From Fimbriosthenelais zetlandica (lineage: Eukaryota), in assembly GCA_977030845.1 (NCBI GenBank), contig OZ365119.1, positions 10,850,001 through 10,914,000 on the forward strand: a stretch of DNA of 64,000 nt, written 5' to 3'. The notes beneath the pieces are model-generated. The model did not search any database, was not told the origin of the DNA, and saw only the letters and a list, made by a program, of their open reading frames with translations. Every line of letters starts with the position of its first letter. Positions within the stretch are counted from its first letter, which is position 1. Below are positions 56,048 to 64,000 of this stretch, piece by piece. The position numbers and the translations under genes are program-made.

Positions 56048-56842
56048 AGGCCAGAAAAAAACATGCACATGAAACCTCAGTGAGGAGGCAGCACGATAAA
56101 AGAGCATTGGGCTCACTGTCACAAGTAGGCACTGTCATGATATAACTGAAAAATTGTTGAAAGTGACGTTAAACCCCATTCAATCCAATCCATATGATTA
56201 CCCTTCATAATTTCCCAATGAATATACTCCTGATATTGATGCCTTCGTTTTCTAATTTGGACCATTGATACTCGGTATATCTATGTATGTGACTGAGAAC
56301 TATTTTTTCAGCCTCGTTCGTGTAAATAGACTGACGGACTGGGCCTGGAACCTTTATCACATGAACGTAACCAATACATGGACTAAACTGTTGGAGGTTT
56401 CTGCTCCACAGTAAAAATAAACTGTCATAACAGTGGCGGACTGGGTGGAGAGAGAGGCGGACAAACAGGCCTTGTTTTTATGGATGGACTTAGTGTTATT
56501 TCACGCCAGTGTTTGTGGGGGGTGTAGGGGGGTGGGGGGGGGGGGGGGGGTACACCTGTACAGCCACTATCACACAAGGCTCTCATTCACTAACTGTTTT
56601 CTTTGCCTTGCTTTTGCGTTAGGTGGACACATTCAGTTGATGTTTTCAACATCAGATTTTTTCTTGAGGAAAAAGTGGGAAATTCCTTTCTTATCATGAT
56701 ACGAATGGGATAAGTCACTTGTAAAGGCATCAATTGTTTTAGCCTTTTGATAACAGTGCTTTATACAGATCAGAGGCCCGTTTCAAAATGAATATTAGCA
56801 ATGCTAAAGTCTATGGCTAATATTAGCAGATATTAGGGTTAT

Positions 56843-56897
56843 AAATAGGGTATCGGATGGCGACGGTTTGGAGAATGGGATTAGTGTATTCCCGGCT
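56843..56897. mobile_element. MITE family A, right-end fragment
   Basis: aaatagggtatcggatggcgacgg...gattagtgtattcccggct. Confidence 0.75.
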
Positions 56898-57241
56898 TAT
56901 GATGGTCAGAGTTGTGATGGTGTAAGTTTAGTGTTAGATGAAGTAAGTTTAATTTGAGAGGTGGGGAGTGAGGAGAGTGCAGGGTGGGACTGGCACCATC
57001 TGGTTACATCTTTATATCTATCTTTCAAGTTTCTCTGTTTTCCTCCTCCTCACAGAGATGAAAGCTTTTCTTTCACAGTGACGGAGGAAGTCTTGGCTGA
57101 GGCAAACATGAGAGGGAATCTTTTAAAGTGAGATCTAAAGCCTGGTTTACTCGTGCTCGAGTACAGGGGGGTGGAGGGGGGGGGGGGGGGGTAAGGGACA
57201 TAAAGCTAGGCAACTAACTTCCCTGGGTTTAAAATTCCTTA

Positions 57242-57452
57242 AGCCGGGACTCCACTGCTGCGATATTGCTTGCGACACTACTGCGACAAAGGTGATGCTT
57301 GTGAAGTTGTGTATGAATAAAATTTATAAATTGTGGTTCAAGTGTCCAAGGCCTTAAGGCCGTCCTCCAATGGGAAATTTATCATTGACACACAAGCATC
57401 ACCTTTGTCGCAGACGTGTCGCAAACAAAATCGCAGCAGTGGAGTCCCGGCT
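57242..57452. mobile_element. MITE family B, intact 211 bp
   Basis: TIRs, TTA duplication. Confidence 0.92.
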
Positions 57453-60400
57453 TTAACTACAACCCAAACCCGACATGAATTTGTAAGGAAATGTTTCCAT
57501 ATTGTCATATATTTCACAAAGTGACTTGGCCTTAAAGAGTGTCAAGGTCAAGGTTGGTGGTCACAGTGAGCGGGAGTCTCTGGCTGGAGCCGCTGGCGGT
57601 GTAAGGTTGTGGTGGTGAATGGTGACTGTATGACTTTACTTGTAATAGATTGGTTTGGCAGGACTTACTGGAGAATGTCCAGTGAGGGGAGAAAGTCCCC
57701 GCAAGGTGGAAAATAGCCAAATAAGGTGAGAGCAATTTATTATGTAAAATGAGTCAAATTCCAGCCACATCTATAGAAGAATCAAACTGTGCATATATAA
57801 TACATATATTCAGAAGGACATAATTTAAATCTATCAATCTCAACTGCATTGAAAATTAAAGTGCGAATATTTTGAGTGAATAATGTACTGTCCTGCAGTT
57901 TTCTCTCTCCCCACTGCAGGGCACAATTCTGTAAACCAACAAGGAGGGCAGACGGAGTCTTCAAAAGACCAAGATTGTCTTTTTATCTCATTTTTCGTTG
58001 GTTTCTTGTTCATACTTTTGAGCAGTTTTCAGCAAGGACCTTGGGACAGAGTGGGTAATGAATGACCCATTATACTGGTACTATCTTTTCAAGATGTCAT
58101 ATAAATATTGTGACAATTCCTTAGATGTGATCAACTAAAAGAAGCATTATATTTGCGGAATTCCCTTTGTCTCTCATTAAGAATACACAGTCCTAGATGT
58201 AGAAGGTAGTATTTTCTAGATTGGGTGTGTTCATCTTGACTGGTGAGGTGGGGCAGGCGCCGGGGGTCGGTGAAGGATCGTGTGTGGAGTATGACTTACA
58301 CCCCACACCTTCACATTTGGTATCAATTCTCCAAAGATGCCCCATGAGCCTTGAAGAGTGGGGTGCCAAGTAATCCGGCACAGGGTATAGAGCCCTCCTT
58401 ACCCCCGGGAAGGGGTGGTGGGGGATGGGGAAACATTCTCTCAATCAGACTAATTATAAATTAGGTTAATAGGAATATAATTAGGAGACTCGCCAATGAT
58501 ATAAATGCTCCAATATGGGCATGGGTAACATCTCTAGTCTATATCCCAACTGTAACAATTCCAAGAATAATTGTTAACAGCTTCGTTAAAAATCGTTAAA
58601 AAATGCATTTTGCTTACAGAAAATTGACAGCTTGAAGTTACTTCATGTAAATAGCAATCTGTAAGGCAGTAAATAATTACAGACAAAGCATCACATAGGA
58701 TCCACTAAAATGCCACCAGTTCTGAACTAAATTCAATCAAGACCCCATGGAGTGAGGTGTTCAATTCCATTTAGATAGAGTTAATTTGTCAGTGGGGGTG
58801 AGAGGAGGTGAGGGTAAGGAGTGAATGTGTTCATTATCATAGAGAATACATGGTCAACCTCCATCTGTCCCTGTCACTAGCGCCATGTGTGGGGGTCGAT
58901 GGACACTAAACAGACCTATTGTAGGCTGGTAAATTATATTACAAGACCGGTCAGGAATATGACAATAAAATGAACGCCTTACATCTGTGGTCGTGGAGGG
59001 GTGGGGGAATACAGAGCGGCGGCCAGCGGGTCAGAATGTAATCCAACAACCCTGACTGTACAGTGGTGCCCCCTACACGTCAACTTGTCAAATTAAATCT
59101 GACCAATGTATGTGTACTGTCTATCACAGGCCTCTATGGGGATTGAGGCACTCTGACATTGGCTCTCAATAGCCATTGAGCATCTCTCGTAGGAAGAGAA
59201 ACTCTTCTTTCCCCTTCTCAATGTTCTCATTCTCTTTCTGTTTGTCTCTCTCTCTGCCTTTGTTTTCTGCTCGCCTGCCTCATGTGAAAGGTAACTCTCT
59301 TCTATAACCTTCTCTGTCTATCATTCTGTCTCACTCTCCCTGTCTCATTCGCTATCTGTCTTTCATTCTCACTGTCTCGGATTCTCCTTATGTACTTTCC
59401 CCGATTCACTTCTCATTCTCTTTCGACTGTCCCTGCCTCTCTCATTCTCTCCCGATCTCCCTCTCCGTCTCTCTCTCTGCCTCTCTCTCTCTCTCTCGGA
59501 CTCACTCCCTCATTCTCTCTCTCTCTCTCTCTCGGACTCACTCCCTCATTCTCTCTCTGACTCTCTCTCATCAGTAGACCTAAATACGGACAAGACAAGC
59601 CTATAACTGAATTACAAGCCCTAACACTGCCGTGTCCAGAACAACTCATTTGTTTTGACAAGATAAATATCAATTTATCTGACGCGCGCACACGTGTCAG
59701 CTAGTTTCCAATCTAGGAGATAAGGGCGCACGAGCTTGATGAGTATAGTCTGTGACAACTCATGACTAATGCGCGTTAACAGAGGCTTTCTATATTAAAC
59801 CAGCCAGGTTTAACTGAACACAGTGTGTGGGAGAGTATAGTGTGTAGGGGGGAGATGAGTCTGAGTGGCAGACTAGTCATTATAGCCAGAAAACAGGCGC
59901 AAATTAACTAATTATCACGATACAGGCAAGCCTATAGGATGACCAACTCATCATCAGTGAAATCTAGATCTAGTTTCAACCTATGGTTGGGTATCGATAG
60001 ATCATGTTGTGAACAAAAGGGCATGGGATTACCAGAAGGGCCTTGTTATAGATAGCTACCTCCATTAAGCCTTTTTATTGATTTTGATGATCTTGAATAG
60101 GCATTTAGAAGAATGCACATGCTATATAATAGGCCTTATGACATTATGGTATTAAATATGTCTATGATTAGTAAACCTTGACCATCTTGAAAAGCAATGT
60201 TCAAAATCAATTATATTCCACCAGAAATGACCCGCTTTACAAGGAAATGGCAGGTTCCTGGTCATGCGAGAATACGCAGCGACCGGAAGTGGGCAATCTA
60301 ACTTCCGGTGGCAGATCTGCTGTGATCCATAGAGGCGGGGTTAATCGATGAGATCTATCCTCAACTGAGCGGAAACAAAGGCAGGGACTGGGCTACATTC

Positions 60401-63400
60401 ATTAACAAATTACACCAGGGAAATTACAAATAGTATTGGTGGATTCTAACGAGGGTTTCACTCAGATTATCTGTCACCCAGTTAAACTGTGTTATGAAGA
60501 TTGAATGCTATAATATACACATTGTATCCAGACCTGTGTTGAATTCTATCAGCCGGAATAATATTATAAAGTTTTCTTTTAAGTAGGGAGGGAAGGAAAT
60601 GTGGATTTTCACACTTGATGTCATTGTGGGGCCGGCTTTTAGTCGACTCGCTTTATCTTCTCACGCCATTCACATCGCGCGTCCCCCGGGACGAGACTCG
60701 GCGAGAATCTCGCGTGACAAACTGACAATCTCTCTCCAGTCCGTTGCTAAGGAACATCCAGAAAGCTGGAGGCGTGGGCGGGGAGGAGGAAAAATGGAAA
60801 TTAGGAGGGAAGAAGGGGAGAGGGGTGAATGGAAGTCCCCCAATTCTTCTTTAAGGGAAAATGGACTGATGTGAACAATACCCAAACCGCCCGGCCCACA
60901 ACTGTCACCCAGGATTTAGGGTTCACACTCTTGGAAAAGGGACAAAGATATGGGTCGGGGGAAATGTTTGGGAAGTAGAATGGGGTTGGTAGGTGGGTTT
61001 GGGAAGGGTCATTGGGTATTGGGGAGGGTGTGTGTGCACACATACATACACATAGGTATAATATTTACAATGAGGGTGATGGCTGGCGGGGAGAGCACTC
61101 ACACAGTCTAAAATACACACCCACCTCCAAGGGCAACCAAAGGTCAAACTCAAGATGACCTTGGCCCAGATTCTGACCTTGACCTAGATTAGATGGGGCC
61201 TAGAAGACCTGGACTTGAGCAAAGCATGTGTTCTAATTCTCAAAGTTATTGATTTATGTCTGTCTCCCAAGAGGGAAAAGGGAGGAGGGGGAGAAGGGGA
61301 AGGCGGGAGGGGATAGATCATCTGAACCCCCGGACGATTACTAACAAAGGCAGCTGTTAATGAATCAAGTCACGTGCCTAATACAACCAATTAACTAATA
61401 CAACTAAATGACACACACCTCACCTCCACCCCAACACACCCGGAGATGCCCTGGCTAAAGCCGGCCACATTTTTGTGAAAATTATCCAAGAAACTTCCGT
61501 ATAAACATAGGTGAAGTAATTCATCATGGCATTCCTGTCCCGGGGGTCTTCTCAAACTATGGCCAGTTCAATCACTTGTCATTTGCCTTCAAGACCAAGT
61601 AGAGACTAATATCATATCAATATTCATTACAGAGTCAGTATCCAGAAAACCCAGCAGGCAAATGTACGGACATTAATTGTCCTTCCGTGAAGAGTATTGA
61701 TCATAATTAAGGACAGGGCAGCAGGGCTATAGTCCACGACAGCTTGTGTTCAATAGGGGCACATTCAAACCGTCAGTGACTCAGTAGCGGGGTTGTGAAT
61801 GAGAGGGTGGGGAGTATAGAATGAGTCAGGCTGGCTTTTTGTCACTGAAGGCATTCAGTAGAATCCTGTCCCCTGACACTGTTTTTATGTGTGACAGGAC
61901 TGAGTGACATCTGGGGCTCTCACCTCTACTGCTCATTTGTGACCTGCCTTTTATTGTTGGTTATTTTATCACGCGTTTTTAATGTGGATATTTTCAGTGT
62001 GTGTGTATAATTGGAGGGTATGAGAGTATACCCTGTGTTCTCAATACTCTACTGGAGAATCCATGTTAGAGGAATGTTACCCATGTCTCAAACCAGATCA
62101 CGTTACACCACAAAACACATGGGTATCACAACATCACTCAGAATATGATCAAATCCATCCCTCAGCTAACCCCTCCCCACCACCAGAAATCCATCCCTCA
62201 ACCCCCTGCTTCCCCCTCCCCACCACCCACCTCTCCCTTTACTCCCTCCCACCTCTCCCTTCTCTCCCTCCCACCTCTCCCTTCTCTCCCTCCCACCTCT
62301 CCCTTCTCTCTCCCACCTCTCCCTTCTCTCTCTCCCACCTCTCCCTTCTCATAATACACTTTAATTCTCTCCATGACAACGGCTCTCGTCTCAAGGACAC
62401 ATGAGCGAGAAAAGGCGAGAGTTGCAGAGTTTTTTTTTTAAAATTTCAGTTTGATTATATCTCTATAAATCTAGCATCTGTGCAACAAAGTATATTTTGA
62501 AGGAAATGGCCAGACCATGTCATGAATTGTCACCCAGGTCATCCAAAATGATTGGTTTACCGTAAGCCCAGGTTAAGACAATTTAAAGAAGATTTAGTCA
62601 GGACTATGACAGGGCCCAGTATGGTCTTTTTCCACACCAGTTCTGGCTGCAAATGTGCATCTTATTATGGGTAATGTGAGAGCCAGCCCGCCGGGGCAGT
62701 AGTAGGGGGTGGTGGGGGGCAGTAGTAGGGGGTGGAGGGGAGGAGGTTGTGGTGGTTTGGGTGAGGGATGACGTTCCCAGGTTACATGCTTATTTCATCA
62801 AGGGTTGTCCTGCTCCCCCGCCTCCATACCTCACACCTCTGCTCCTCTAATTTGTAACAGAGCTAAACTGGTTTTAATCGTCCAGATCCTGTCCCCAGGA
62901 TGCTTCCACACCCTCTCCCCGACCATTTGGCAGTGATATTCCACCGGGAATCACTGCTCTTCATGTTCAAAATGCTGCCATGGAGAGCTGTTAACGGTGG
63001 TGGAACTCTCCCGTGGCTGGAGGTAGAAATATGATCTGTTTCCGGTCGGGGGGACGTGGAACCACCCGTGTGTCGTACCACAGGGGATGAGTTCACACAG
63101 AAAGGGCCTAACGACAATCCAAATATGACAGTTTACAGTAAACAAAATAACCCAAAATACAAACCAAATATTCAACTAGGACATAAATATGTGATATTAC
63201 TCACCAGGGTAATATTATAAGAACAGGTTAACAATCCAAAGATGAACTGGCTGCAGACTACCGGAGACAAAATACAGACAAAATGTTCCGATATATCACA
63301 TAAATACATCCTCCTATGGTAGATACTCGTTAGATACTCTCAGACGGGATCAACTAGCCCTACACAGGGAGGATGATCAATACTGATCAGTTTTATATAA

Positions 63401-64000
63401 TATTGAGTTGAAATAACTGCCAAGATAAGAGAGTGAGGGATGATAATAGAGTTAACTTTAACTGAGAGATAACAATGAGCCAGGGATGACACTAGGTATG
63501 TCAACATCTGACAGCATTGACAGTTAGATAAGGTGACAGGAGAAGGCACACCTGGTCAGGTAGTCTCACCTGGCACTAATTAACCTCATTACCCAGGTGA
63601 GATAATCCCTATACTACAGTTAATCCCGCTCCAATGATTAAATTTTTCATATTTCTGCTAACCCCCGATCTAGGGTGGTCTAGTGTAACATTGAATGAAT
63701 TTTCATACTCAAAGACTCTATTTTCCTATATTTAATAGAGAATAATGGAGACAATTCATCAATATATTTAATGAAAACGTGAAAAGGATTCTGCACTGTT
63801 TTATAGGATAGCATTGAAGGTAAATGAGGACTTGTCCATAATATAATATAGGAAGCGGGCTGGGGCAGGTCTGTAGAGGGGTATGATTGTACATGGAGGG
63901 TGTAAATGGACCATTATCCAATCACTGTCACTCGGCATGTATGTGTGGGCCATACATACACACATAAACCAGACCTACAGTTGTTTTATAAAATAACTTC

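Noticed and set aside
35998-61200. TGACCTTGACC / GGTCAAGGTCA motifs as nuclear-receptor elements (35998, 57545, 61180)
   Set aside because: Isolated short motifs; not distinguishable from common background repeats without data

Overview
Eukaryotic (animal; probably lophotrochozoan/mollusc, inferred from protein style only) genomic window almost entirely occupied by one Roundabout (Robo) axon-guidance receptor gene on the minus strand. I reconstruct 21 phase-consistent GT-AG coding exons from 48582 down to 6664 (about 1630 aa): signal peptide, 5 Ig, 3 FN3, TM, and a cytoplasmic tail with CC1, CC2, a GPTPPVR motif, SSSDGSFF and RPTSPxSTDSN blocks, but no canonical CC3. Introns are full of minisatellites and about 210-bp PIF/Harbinger-like MITEs (TAA/TTA target duplications). 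There is also an RTE LINE 3' fragment, five degenerate tRNA-like modules beyond the 3' end and a 296-N gap. The most unusual signal is that four Robo splice sites have been tandemly duplicated with periods of 48, 60, 48 and 63 bp, all multiples of 3. One array (five acceptors for the FN3 exon) is paired with a single upstream 12-nt complement that can mask any one acceptor, reminiscent of Dscam docking/selector pairing. Many insertions also end within about 25 nt of donor sites. No homology searches could be run; all homology calls are from recalled family motifs.
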